A DNA stretch of 63,561 nucleotides, the filler included, from Neolecta irregularis DAH-3 (Eukaryota), in NCBI GenBank assembly GCA_001929475.1. It is 7 parts of 7 records of this genome, joined end to end, with 100 filler letters (N's around TTAATTAATTAA, not from the genome) between each part and the next. Parts side by side here need not be neighbours in the genome. Positions count along the whole stretch, not along the records: positions 3,355 to 28,113 come from LXFE01000292.1; 6 more parts are not named here. The stretch is one strand, 5' to 3'. Under the pieces are notes generated by a model that saw only the letters and a list, made by a program, of their open reading frames with translations, ran no database searches and was not told the DNA's origin. The position numbers were made by a program, and so were the translations under genes. Every line of letters starts with the position of its first letter. Within the stretch, counting starts at the first letter, position 1. Below, in pieces: positions 10,205 through 23,708 of this stretch.

Positions 10205-13200
10205 ATGTTTATCATAAAACCCAATTGGTTATCGCACCAAGATGATAGAGAGACTCCCCTATCGATATTTTCGGTCTCAGTACATCCAGATGGATCTCGT
10301 ATTGCAACAGGAGGTTTAGATGGCAAGGTCAAAATTTGGAGCGTCGCTGCAATGGAATCAGAACATGAGAATGAAGGTCAACCGAGACAACTATGTTCAA
10401 TGTCAACTCATAATGGTATTTACTTGATAGAACTTCTACTTAAACTTGTAGGCGCCGTACATGCGGTCCGATTCTCTCCTGGAGGCCGATTTCTTGCCAG
10501 TGGAAGCGATGACAAAATTATTTTGATTTGGGAGCGCGATACGTAGGCGCTCTCCCTTGTGTAGACTGATCATCCTTAGAAGCGGTGCAGGTCTTGGTCT
10601 GTCGTTTGGGGGTGATAGCACGTTCGAGAATTGGCGAAGTGTACGAAGATTAGCCGGCCACGACAACGACATCCAAGATCTCGCTTGGTCTGCAGATTCC
10701 TCGCTTCTCGTCTCAGCTGGGCTAGATTCCTCAATTATTGTCTGGCATGGTCATACATTCCAACAATTGAAACGTATTGAAGGTCAGAGTCATGTTAAAG
10801 GTCTCACTTTTGACCCGAGTGGGAAATACTTTGCTAGTGCAAGTGACGACCGAACCGTGAAGATATGGAGAACCAATGACTTTGCGCTCGAGAAATCCAT
10901 TTCTACGCCTTTCGAGAATTCGCCTTTGACAACGTATTTTCGGAGACTGAGTTGGAGTCCAGACGGGAACAACATCGCTTGTCCAAATGCCATGAACGGA
11001 CCTGTTTCGAGTATTGCAATCGTTCAACGAGGTGAATGGAGTTCAGACTTTTCATTGATAGGTCACGAGGGCCCTGCAGAAATAGTCTGTTTCAATCCAA
11101 GGCTATTTAAACAAGTCCAAGAAGATGGGACCGAAACGCTTGGATCCACCATTGTCGTCAGTGCAGGACAAGATAAAGTTGTAACCTTCTGGAATACCAC
11201 TCAAAGCAAACCGTTCCTCATTACAGAGGAGCTGGGATTGAAAAGCGTCAGCGACCTTACTTGGTAGTATTCCCGGAGACCATTCGGCCAACTTTTTAGG
11301 AGTGCAAATGGAGATAAATTATTCATTTCAAGTTACGATGGTTCTGTCGCACTTGCAGTCTTTGAACCAGGAGACCTTGGGTTCCCACAACCATGGGAAG
11401 ATAACGTACAATCAATCTTCTTTCGACGAATTGAGAACATAGATTGCAGCATTGGCTAAGTATGGCCACGGTCAGCATGGCATGATTCTTCCAGAAAGTG
11501 TTCAACAGCTTGAGTTAGAAGCTCTTGCACAAAAAGCTGCTGCAGAAGCAACAGTAAAGAAAATGGACACGCTCATGGGCGGCGGCGAAATAGAAGATAC
11601 ACAAATGCAAGACGTTATGCCTATCGCAGCAAAACCAGCAAATTCAAATTCAGCAACTGCAGCACCGCAGGCAATTTCTCAACATGTGGAGAAGATTGTC
11701 GATAAACGGGTTGAACAAAAGGTTACCGTCGATAGTAAAGGCAGGAAAAGGGTTGCGCCAACGTTAATCTCAAAGTATTCGCTGCAGGTGAACAAGGCTG
11801 ACACCTAGCTTTCAAGGTAGCTCTACACCCGCTCGTCTTCCTGATTCGACACCTCGTCCTTCTGCCAAGGTAAACGGCACAACAACGGAATACAGCACAC
11901 CAAGCAACGCTCTTCCCGAAGGCGGAGTAGAAGGTCTCATTATTGGCAACAAACGCAAAGAACAAGACGAAGGAGATGAAATCACTGCAGCCCATCGCAA
12001 GAAAGGGAAAGTCACTAGTGCAGAGGAAATCCCAGACTGGATAAGGCCAGCAGTAACCAACCCTGCAATTGCACTTTCTCAAACTCGACTTGGCGCTCCG
12101 AAAGTCAAAGCTCTTATAACTTACACTAATGATTCGACATTGGTTCTGGAAATTCGAAATTCTCCAAATGTGCAGACACCCACTAGGTTGATTTGTAAAC
12201 GAGAAGGAGAGACGATATGGACGGATTATATACCGAGGTCTGTGCTTACCGCGACTGGTACCAAGAACTTCTGGGCCGTTGCTACCGAAGATGGATCGGT
12301 CTATACCTGGAATATTATTGGGAAGAGATTATTCCCAGTGATTGTCCTCGAAAGCCAATCTAGTATACTTGGTTCAAACGGCTGGTGGTTATTCTCAATA
12401 ACCGTTGCTGGTTTGTTATACGTATGGTACACCATCAATCGATTTTATAAGCACTCATCATTAGGGATATGAAGATGGAAACGGCAGCTCATACTCCAGC
12501 GTCTCTGGCTCCGATCCTTGATAGTGCAACGACATTCGAATCAACCCCGAAGAAAACAGCTTGTATCACAAACGTTGCAGTCACCAATACCGGGGTTGTC
12601 TGTATCACACTTACATCAGCTGATTCTTTTGTATACAACGGTACCATGTTAGTATGGCAGCGTGTCAGTGAGCCTTGGTGGGCTATTAACAGCCTTTACT
12701 GGGATTCAACTCGTCTTGGGATCCCCGGGCCATTAGGCTCTTTGGAGCGACGGACGGATATGGAGTTCATGAAGCATGGTAGAGGACGGGCATTCCAGAG
12801 AATGGTCAAAGGTGGCCTTAGGAGAGAAGGCTTCGAGGGCCTCGAGTGTATAGCGAGTTTAGCTCATTTAGAGGTACCATTCTTCTACGTTAACATTATT
12901 TTGACAATGAGAATCGTATATCCTCGGCTGCCCTGATCGGAAGTGCGGAGGAGTATAGATCAGCAACTCTGATGTATGCACGTAGACTAGGCGAGCAAAA
13001 CTTCCAGGAGAAGGTTAAAGGATTATGTCAGGAACTTCTCGGTCCCCAATTATTCATTGAAAACCATCACTGGAAACCGACAGTCGTTGGTATTTATAAA
13101 CGAGAATTGTTGAAGGAGGTGTTAGAGGTAATGGGTGGTTTTAGGGAAGTTCAGAGAATTACAACCGAGTACAGTGAAGCTCTGCAGGCTATCAGTGAGA

Positions 13201-13208
13201 TGAGCTAA
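10205..13208 (+). CDS. HIR1: HIRA histone chaperone Hir1, 7 introns
   Basis: MFIIKPNWLSH WD40 start, TTYFRRLSWSPDG, B-domain KGRKRVAP, C-terminal SLAHLENR. Confidence 0.95.
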
Positions 13209-13295
13209 TCTGTATTATAAAAATGGCTAAGCCGACTAATTAAGATAAGCCGACTCTGTATATACATCTTACGGGCTATTTAACTTAAATTTTCA

Positions 13296-14033
13296 TCACT
13301 GAAAGTCAGTATTCCACTAACGCTTAGAAACCATATGCAAAGAATATACCAAGGGATCTCCGAGGTAATGAATGTTGTCCACACCAATACCTTTATTCAC
13401 ACTTTTACTACCAAAGTCAAATACTATTCCAAACCAGGGCATACATATCAGCAGTCGACATTTTTGTCAACCCGATAGCAACAGCATGTTCTTTGCCTTC
13501 TGCAAAGACAGCGACGACTTTGTCAGTTTCAATTGCCTCGTTTAGCTGGGCTCCTTTTGATGTCAAACCAGGACACATGATATTCGCTCCAGATAGAACG
13601 AATTTGATTGCTCCTCTATCCACCTGGACTTTTGGGAAGACGTCTGGAACTGAGAGTTGCGTCAGCGAGATTCCTGGTTTCTAAATGCGTACATTTATGG
13701 GCTAATTTTATCGAAGGAAATAATGCGTCATCAAACGACTGGAAGAACATCACTTCATCGTTGAGAGTGTATATGCTGATATGGTCTTGACTATTCCATT
13801 ACTTCCGTAACTAGGGTTCTATGTAGTACCACTTTATGAGCGTTAATTGCGACTTTTTTGGAAGTATTTCATCAAGATACTGTTCTATCCGAGTATATTC
13901 TGCAACTAACTTGGCGCGGACTGCTCGTTGGGTAGACGACTTTAATGCGGTTCTTCCTGAGATGCTTTCACGCGGATCAAATCTGCTGTTTAGTCGATGA
14001 ATATGCCAAGTTGGGTTGATACTTTTTGAACAT
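13296..14033 (-). CDS. TMA20: Translation machinery-associated protein 20 (MCT-1, PUA domain), 5 introns
   Basis: [51 protein letters not shown]. Confidence 0.95.
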
Positions 14034-14234
14034 TTTAGAAGAGGATGAGGCCAGATCGCTTCACGTGATGGACGTTTATTGTCGTCGCCAAGAAAGTTGA
14101 GGATACCATACGAAGACAGCCTTTGTTTTGTGCGTTCCTGCTTTTCGACACTCGCCACTCTTTTGCGCCATTTCCCGGTTTCGGCGATCTCGCCCCAATA
14201 TCATCCCGTTTTATCGAAGGATTCGTACTTGAAG

Positions 14235-15017
14235 AGTATGCGAAGCCTGTCTCCACCTAACAGTAACTAACTGTCATGTTACAGTGGAGGACTTCTCTTC
14301 GGAAGGTTCCTATAACAAGTACTGGATCGACTGGTTTCTCGGGGCAAAAGGAAATGAATACTTTTGTGAAATTGATGAAGATTATATCACCGATCGGTTC
14401 AACCTTACTGGACTAAATGCCGAAGTTTCACATTATCAATATGCGCTTGATATTATCTGCGACGTGTTCGGTACGTCTCCTTCCTAGCACATGCCCCAAG
14501 ACAATAGAGCACGAAGTGGATGGCGAGACGCGAGATCAGATTGAAAAGAGCGCGAGACACTTATACGGATTGATTCATGCCCGGTTTATTATCACTTCTA
14601 GGGGTTTATCAAAGATGGTTTACCAATATGTTTTGCATGCGCTGAACCATCCAGCTCGACAAATTCAAAAAGTCCGATTTCGGTCGTTGCCCTCGGGTTC
14701 TCTGTCAGCAGCAGCAACTGCTTCCTGTCGGCTTAAGCGATCTTCCTCATTCTAAGAGTGTAAAGTTATGGTGTCCAAAATGTGAGGATATCTATACTCC
14801 AAAGTCTTCTCGCCATGCTTCGTTAGATGGAAGTTATTTCGGCACAACATTTCCCCATATGCTATTTCAGGTCTATCCAGCTGTCATACCTCTGAAACCC
14901 GAAGACCGCTATGTACCGAGAATATTTGGTTTCAAAGTTCATGAAAGCGCTGTAGTCCAGCGGTGGCAAGATGAAATCCGGGAAGAACAGAAACGCCGGA
15001 GAGCCATTGAAGGATGA
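14235..15017 (+). CDS. Casein kinase II regulatory (beta) subunit, 3 introns; start codon split by intron 1
   Basis: [74 protein letters not shown]. Confidence 0.93.
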
Positions 15018-15592
15018 CGACAAATAACCATTCCTCTTCTCCTAAGGCTAGGAAATAATCCAGCGAAAAGGCTATCGACGTTGATTTTGGGAGATGAAGT
15101 GATATTTGAGCTGCTGTCACTGTCGACTTGTAGTGTCTAAGAATTGGACTGTTGATACTCAGTTCCATATAGTTTTTATTCTCTTGTTCATTTTACGGGT
15201 TAATTGGCAATATAGATCAACTTCTACCATCTTTTTCCCTTCGGAGCAGTTCAATCTCTTTGCAGCATGATGTTAGACAGGCTTTCTCCATGAAAATCCA
15301 GCTACTGGTCTTTGTTAGTTTTATCTTTGCATATATAAATTACTTTGTTTTATTTCTATCTATCTATGGAGACTTTTCTATCATGGTGTTGGATAAAGCT
15401 GTGCCTGGCTGGTACATATTTCCTCATTGAAATGCTATATTTCGCTATTGACTTTTCGCACCAAGATCAAACTGTGACTGAATGCAATATTTATACTATG
15501 ACACAAGAAATTCGCGAATGAACAGGGTTTTGAAAGACAGAATAATGATTGACATAGAAACAACGAAATTAGTTCGTCATGGGTGTATCATG

Positions 15593-16120
15593 CAGTGTTG
15601 GCCATGGGCCAAAGCCCATGGGCTTTATAAAAAGCCCGGCCCGTGGGCTTTTCTGAGGGTCTGGCCTAACATGTGACAACCGTTTTAGGTAGTGGTGTTT
15701 AGGGCACAGATGGGTAGAGAAGCAGGAATATGTTAAAAAGCAAGCTTAAATTACTATATTATGTATATAATTCTCTATATTTATTTAAAATATTGGCAAG
15801 GAACTTATCGGCAGGAGAGCAAGGTAGGAGGGCCAAATAGGCCAAATGGGTGTGGGAGACAGAAAAGATGGGTCAGCCGGGCAGGAGATGGGAGAGGCGA
15901 TAGAGATGGGCGGGCGAGAGGCATGTGAGGCGGGCAGGACGAGCGCGTGGGACGGGCAGAACGAGCGGGCGGGACGGGACGTGCAGGATAGGCGAGGCGG
16001 GAGAGAGACGCCAGGTGCGCGAGACGGGCGGGGAGGCGGGAGACAAGCGGGAGATGGGCGGGAGACAGGAGACGACAGGAGGCGGGCGGGACAGGGTGCG
16101 CCCTGCTGGCCTCTGGGGTT
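15593..16120 (+). mobile_element. Non-autonomous hAT-like element: CAGTGTTGG terminus plus GC-rich tract
   Basis: Terminus similar to 5007-5090; GC tract similar to 3600-3790 in the opposite orientation. Confidence 0.55.
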
Positions 16121-17517
16121 CAACAGTATGCCACTTTCGATGTAACTTAAAGTCAGGTCATCGATAGCAATTTCCTTTAGAAATTCCCCATCATGACATC
16201 GAATGGTGCTTCCTTTTTCCGATGTAGCTCCTGGGAAAACGAAATCCCATTGCCTTGAGAAGGCTACAGCTGGCTAGTATCTTGTCCTGCTGGGTCCATC
16301 CAAGAACCATGTTTATATGAGTCGTGATGGTAAGAGCAAAGGCAGGAAAGACCAATTCAAATTCCACGTCTGAATGCTTGATTACTGTCAGCATTACAGT
16401 TAGATCCTAGGATTACCCGATTTAAATGATTTTGAAGCAATAGTATTATCTGATATCCTCCGGTTCATAAATTGGGTATCAGTCATGCAATCGACGGATC
16501 TCCTTTGCACTTTCTCGTATCTCGAATGTTTCATTTGTATTTGTCGAGATATAAGCATCCCTCAGCGCCTTGTAGATCGGATAAAACCCACAGATGGCTT
16601 GTGTCCCCTGTTTCAGCTAACCCCTCAATTATAATCAAATGAAACTAAATAAGTGATTTCAAGTGGGGTGGATCGTGTCACGTTTTTTGGTGGAGCTTGT
16701 TGTATGAACACAGCCTAATAAAACGCACCTGAGAGGAAATACATAAGCTAGAGGAAAAGCGCATACCTAACAAAGTTCACTTACTCTGGTTAATTGAATA
16801 TAATCGAGTCTTATTCTTACTCCGGTCCGGACGTGAGCCTACACTTCTAAGCTATAGACTATAAGAAGCATTTCGTAGTGTACTGTTATAACAAAGGGAA
16901 GCAAATATGCAAAAACACAACATAGGATCAGCTATGTACCATATATCAATAGTTATCCTCAACAAGTCGTCATGTTCTAGCAAAATATTCACCAAGGAAC
17001 ACTGCTGTTGAAACTTGCAAAATCATTCGCTTTGATATTCTGATTAAACAATAAAAAAACGGTATCTTGACTACAAATGACATGGATGCTGTGCAGATAT
17101 TTCTATTCGCAGATATCGGTTAACTGGGAGGAAGAAATACCGATGTTTTGGGGGAACGAAATATCTGCGATTCATCTTTCCGCCCTCCTTTTCAGAATAT
17201 TATACTTCATGGCGCACAGAAATATATCACGAAAATTAGGGCATCGTATATTAAAATTTCCCATTGGGATCTGCACGTTATCGCATAGATAGATTAGAAG
17301 GCTCTGGTTGTGTCAAGAAGGTTCGTCCGATTTATACTCAGTCATTTTTTTCTAAAAGATACATATAAACAATGTCAGCATTTTGGTTCGTGATGGGAGA
17401 AGGCCGAAGAAAAGTACTTTATTAACCTTTTATTAAGGTAAGGTTTTCTAGAAAAGTGCGCCTCCGACGTCAAGGACAACTACAGAAGTTTTCCCAACTC
17501 CGAAAATCCCAACTGAT

Positions 17518-18273
17518 ATGCGCAACTGCTTTCGTAGAAGACGCCCTCGTAGGACTCCCTTGCCCAACCTTCTAAAAGTCAAGTGTATCGGAAGATCGTT
17601 ATACTAGGCGACGGTGCCTGCGGCAAAACTTCCTTGCTGAATGTTTTCACTCGGGGTTACTTTCCTGAGATATACGCCCCAACAGTATTCGAAAATTATG
17701 TGCACGAAACACATATTGATAATAAAATCCTCGAGTTGTCGTTGTGGGATACAGCGGGGCAGGAAGAGTTTGATCGACTAAGAGCCTTATCATATTCCGA
17801 TACTTTTGTCATTATGGTTTGCTTTGCAGTTGACAATGCGAGCAGTTTGGAGAATATCTCGGCTCGGTGGATTAAGGAGATCATGGAAAACTGCGAGGGC
17901 GTACAGGTCGTTCTTGTTGCATTGAAGTGTGACTTGCGGGGTGGCGAGGAGAAATGTATCACCTATGAGGAAGGCTTGGCTTGTGCTAGTCGAATTAATG
18001 CTGCTAGATATTTGGGTATGCTAGCCTTTCAACCACCAGACACTAATGATTAGAATGTTCTGCAAAGGAAAATAGAGGTACGGTGACATGTTAGTTGACA
18101 CCTCATACTAACATTTCTAGGTGTAACGGAGGCTTTCGCTGCAGCATGTGTTTACACCTCGAATGCAAAACTGACCGAATTAGGCCGCCCGAGTCTCAAT
18201 TCCCGCGAAGCCGAAAGGTGCGACCATCGAAGAAAAGAAATATATTCGGACGTCGCGTTGCCAGATAATGTAG
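17518..18273 (+). CDS. RHO3: Rho3 small GTPase, 4 introns
   Basis: RKIVILGDGACGKTSLLNVFTRGYFP, LSLWDTAGQEEFDRLR, LVALKCDLR. The spliced end gives AARV..SRCQIM* (CAAX). Confidence 0.93.
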
Positions 18274-18827
18274 GCCTGCAGTTGAGCTTTCCAAGCTTTC
18301 TTGTGGGGTTCAGGTCGTTAGATTACCATTTTCGACGATATCTGAGCTGAAACGTATGGGATTTACTAAACATGATCTATTTTATTTAAACCTCAACCTA
18401 ATTAGGCAAATTCCGGGAGGACAAAGCAAATGCATATGTTCATATATACTGCCCAATATAGGCGAAACAGCCGGCGCGTTAAATTCAAATTTGACGAATT
18501 GGCTAAAATTTCTTGAAATTTTGAGCCTGCCAAACACGGCATTATGAATGGCAAAAGTCCTCAATTCTATGATGTTCAGTAGGACAGACTCGAATACGAG
18601 AATTCAGGAGGTAGGCTTGCGCATTACCAATTAGCCCTCTATATTATTATCAAAAGCAGGCTGTAAATAAACTCGCGATCATTTCCAACCGCCCTGTGAA
18701 TAATTATTTTTGGACCTTGATGCACGTGATATTCATGTGACAAGGGAGTACAGCAGGTGTTCTTATCCGACATTCACAAGATTCATCCTTCCCAGCCTCC
18801 AGGTTCATTAGTTTGATACTTTGGCAC

Positions 18828-21800
18828 ATGTACTGGCCATTCGGCGCCACCAGAAGTCTTGTCGAGCCCAATGTAGCGCCAAAGGAATATTACGAAGACG
18901 AGAAGGAGGATAATTTGTTGGAAGTAGGTGTGGAAAAGCCCAAATCCAACGAGCCTTTGATTTCCCTTCGGAAAACACGCCAGGGGCAGTTTTTTGCAAC
19001 TATCACAGATAGAGAGCTGACTATATGGCAAACGAAGGTGGGTCAGGATTGAAGAGATATTTGATTGATTAAAGAGCCCGCTGCAGTTACATGTAAGCTT
19101 CGAAGATCAGACACATCGATCAATAGTTATGGAAATAACGAGAAGGTGCATATTCGTCCAGACAATAAACTTGTAGTCCTTCAAACTGCGAATGGATATT
19201 TAATCGCCTATCATCTCATAATCGATCCTTCTTCGCATTCCTATCGGATGTCTGTAGGAAGAATCAGGAATGGGCCGAAAGAAGCTCTTGGGATTGCATT
19301 GGTCAACCTCAAATTCAAAATGATTATAAAAGTCGATGCTGGAATCACAGAGTACATTTTTTCAGTCAACCAGATAGTACTAATGACAGAGCTCTGGTTT
19401 TGGAAGATGAGCTTATCCTTGCAACAAGAACCCCGCCAGCTTTACAATGTATCAAATGGCAAAATGAGCCTGGAATACCACAGACCAAGACAGAGGTGAT
19501 ATCGAAGATGCCATGCATGCAGGCCTCAAAAGGTATTCGCTCCCTACGCAGATGAAACCCTGAGATTGAGAAACTATCGTTGAAATGTTGTACGATCGTC
19601 CTATGAACCTATTTACCTGGATTCTAAGCGACGGAAAAGCCTACACCGCACAAAAACATTTGATCGTGGTAAAATTCCATTATCGTCATACTCCTCACGA
19701 GATCAGGATGAATCTGTGCCCCGGCCGAGATATTGGAAGGGGTTCCTTTTCCATATTCCTGACAACCACAAGGATCAGGCAATATGTAGTGATATCAACG
19801 CAAGATTCTCCTTACTTGCCATTGGAACTACTTGGTATCTAGTCCATAGGCTCACGCTAATATCAGCGGTTCTATCCACGTGTACTCGGTTCAAAACTAT
19901 GAAGGCTCAATATCGTTATCTCACAAAATCGATGCTCCCCATAGCTTATCAGGGAAGGTGAGGAAGCTCGCCTGGTCACCAGATGGATACGCTCTTCTCG
20001 CTGGCTTCGAAAATGGATGGGTCATCTCGAGTGTCTATGGGCAGCAGTGTTTCTCAAGCTTTCATGTTGACAAACCTGCGAAAGGGTGGGGTGCTAATGG
20101 GAACATGGAAGGCGTCACAGATGCATTTTGGTCGATCGGCGGATACGAATTATTTATGATCAACACAAACGATCCTCGAAAGATATGGACAATTTCTATG
20201 GTTCATTGTAGCTCATCTACGTCAATAAATCCGGTAAATAGAACTTAGATCCCACTGCTGATTCTTGCAAGGACTCCTTATCCATAGCTTTGCTAGCTGG
20301 GACCGACCGTTTGTTCCTCTATCGTGGGTCAGCTCAGTCTGATAATGCTTTGATAAATCCTGAATCGCTTCACTGGCAGCAAATTCCCTACCCAGCCGCC
20401 TACCTTACCGATCATTGGCCAATCCGTCAAGTTTGTATCTCAAAAGATGAGTGTTATATCGCTATCGCCGGTCGGTGCGGTCTTGCTCATTACAGTGTGA
20501 AGAGTGGACGATGGAAAACGTTTATAGATGAAAGCATGGCTCTCGAATTTTATGTGAGAGGGGGGATGGCTTGGTTCCATCATGTCTTGATTGCCGCAGT
20601 TGAATGCGATGATGGAAGTTTTGAGGTATGCTTCGTTGTTTGGGGAGATTTCAAAGGTAGATTCGTCTGTTTTCGCGAGAAACGAATTTGGACATCTCAT
20701 TGTTACTTCATGCGGAGTCGATATCTTGTCCCGTGCTGCTGATGACTTTACTCGAGGATACATTACTCGTCTACACTACGGATAATGTCTTATATCATTA
20801 TATGATCACTACTACTAAAGACACCATCAAACTCGTAATGGTTGGCAATATTGGTTTCAATGGGATTGTTCATGCGGCTGCTCGAACTAGGGGAATAACA
20901 TGGTACATTCCAGAAGATCATCTTGGTACACAATGATATAACCTTGCGTTTATTGATAATCAAGTCCAAGGCGATCCAGCAAAGGATGTCACAGTAGCCT
21001 CACTGATTCTCCTAATCGACGGCCAATTAGTCCTTCTTCGTCCACAGGTAGCTGAAGACGGAAATGTGAAATACGATATGAAGGTTTTGCTTTCAAAAGT
21101 CGAATATTTTGGGCTTGTACCGCCTACAAGCTCTCATCTTTCAAACTCTTTATGGGCTTTCGATGGTGTTTCTCTAAAGTTTTGGCTTCATATTGAATCA
21201 ATGATCTCTTCGATACAAGAAGATCCCACTCTTGAGATACAGTTACACTTTTATCCATTATCAGTGCTACTTCAGCGAGGCCTCATCGTAGGTATCGAAG
21301 GAGAGACACTTTTTGGGAAAAATCTCATGCACTACAAATTTAGTACTTCAGTATGGTCCTTTACAAATCTTTACTCACTTAAGATTCACTTATATGTCAA
21401 CCACATTCTTCGATACTATTTAGCAAAGCAGCAGCTAACTGAAGCAGTAAATCTGGCGGGAGAGTTCGATAATTTACATTATTTCAGCCATATCCTAGAA
21501 CTCCTGCTACACGAGGTGTTGGATGAAGAAGCAGATAACAAACCCCTATCAGGAGGTGAGAAAAATCTTGTTACAAGATTTATCAACATAGGAGCGGTTC
21601 TTCCACGTGTAGTTGATTTCCTGAACTACTTTCCCGAAATGCTAGATGTAATCGTCGGCTGCACTCGTAAGACGGAAGTTGCCAGTTGGCCTGTGCTTTT
21701 CGATGCTGTTGGCAGTCCTAAGAGACTTTTTGAAGTAAAATATTTCCTGTTGGTAAACTAATGGAAGACTTGTATGGAGTTAGGAATGCTAAAGACAGCC

Positions 21801-22130
21801 GGTGCATATCTACTTGTTCTTCATACAATGGAACAGTTGAAAGACAGTACGGAGGGAAGTCCTATGCATTTATAATTGCTAATCTCGATAGGATATGTTC
21901 CGTCTGTTATCTTCGGCGATGGAAAGCCAAGACTACGATCTGGCCATCGAGTTATCACGGTTCTTCTATGCCGTTGACAGTATAAGCTACCTAGGGGATT
22001 TACACTGACTTTAAAAGGCAGCGGAAGGCTTCTTCACGAAGCATTGAATCATTGCAACGTGCGACTTCCGACCTCTGTAGTAGATCACAATTTCCATTTA
22101 AATCCTCTTCAACTCCATAACACAATTTGA
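18828..22130 (+). CDS. RIC1: RIC1 (Rab6/Ypt6 GEF subunit), 13 introns
   Basis: MYWP start, YIAIAGRCGLAHYSVKSGRWK, FSHILELLLHEVL, VGCTRKTEV, KTAGAYLLVLH. Confidence 0.92.
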
Positions 22131-23708
22131 GATATGCTGAAACATGCAGTTTGCGAAGGCAGTGTGTGAGATGTGCTTTTATTGCGGTAGAGAGGGAAAC
22201 CTACGATTTATAGACTGTTCCTGGATATTGCAATGTACAGTCGTTTTGCTCTTGCTTTTTTATCTTATTCTATTGTTCTGTTTCGTTTTTCCATTGAAAT
22301 AAAGCTATGGGCTCAATAAACATCAAGACTATTCTCTTTCGACTATCGCAGGTCCTGACAAATCTCGCCTCATCTGTCACACACTCTGGAATCCCCAGGT
22401 ATCTGTAAGAATCTGAATGCTAATTAAGCAGGTCACCTGAGCCTTTGTTATTAGTGCTAGCTCTCCGATATCTAAACAGGCTCAAAACTAAGATAATGCA
22501 AGTGTTGGAGCTCGAGTACAATAAGATCGTAGTTGGGGAGGGAGCACCATGGATGGAGATGGCGAGCAAGGCGGGGAAGCGCAGCAGGGCGAGCTGCAGG
22601 GTGGAGGCGGAGAGCAGGGTGGATCACAATAGGGCCAGCGGGCAGAAGGTAAGATGGGGCGCTGCAGGGACAGGGTGAGGGAGCTTACATAGGATCTCCT
22701 GCGCCCTTCGATTTGTATTGAAGTTCCGTCCATACATGATGGAACGAAGCCTGATGATTTCGTGTGTTTGAATTGCAGCGTATATTTCTCGCTGGAAACC
22801 GTCTGGAAAATCTTCAGGATCATTTACTCCACGGTCATTTTATGCAAAATCAGAGAATTCCGTTTAAAAAAGATGGTTATTTACATCATATGCCCAGCCC
22901 TCTTTGCCCTCCCGTTTGTGACCAGTCGAGTTGGACTGATTCAATTGAGGCTACCTCCTCGCCCATTACCGCCCGCTCCCCGGCGGCGGAAGCACTTCCA
23001 TCGCCCTCTTGATCTTCTCCACCATCTCCAGACTGTTGCTACTGCTCGACATGCCTGGAGAACCGCTTCCCCGTTGAGGATCCCGCTCCAACTCTCCCAT
23101 CTCTCCCGCCTCGCCCGCCCGCCTGGCGCGTCTCTCCCATCTCGCGCTCCTTCTCCCCCGCCTCGCCAGCCCGTCCCTTGCGTCCTGTCCCGTCCCGCCT
23201 ATTCCACCTCGCCTGTCTCGTGCGTCCCGTCCTGCCTCGCCTATCCTGTGCATCCTCCTGCCTCACCTGCCTGGCCAGTCCCTCCTTTTGAAGCATTGTC
23301 AGATTGGAAGATGAAACGGGGGTTTTCATGTGCTGGACACCTGTTCAAAGAAAGTGTGTCTGGCAAGAAGAGGATTTCTATAATCGATGAATGCGTGAAG
23401 ATAAACTTGAAAACCTATCCCTTTGGCCATATCGAGGATGCGAATCAGTGTATGGGAACTCGATGCATTGCGCCGTTGTTCAACCACAGCTGTGTTATAC
23501 ATGTCGACAAAGACTCCACCACGATAGATTAATACCGCAGAATACACACTCACAGCATGCTGGGTGCCCCTGTAACAACCTCTGCAGTCAGATCTTTTTC
23601 TCGTACCTTTGGGACAATCTTCCCCTGCTTTTCATGATATCTTTTCAATGCATTCCCAAACAATGCAAAGAAGACATATGACATAATCATCAGGACATGA
23701 CCATAGCA

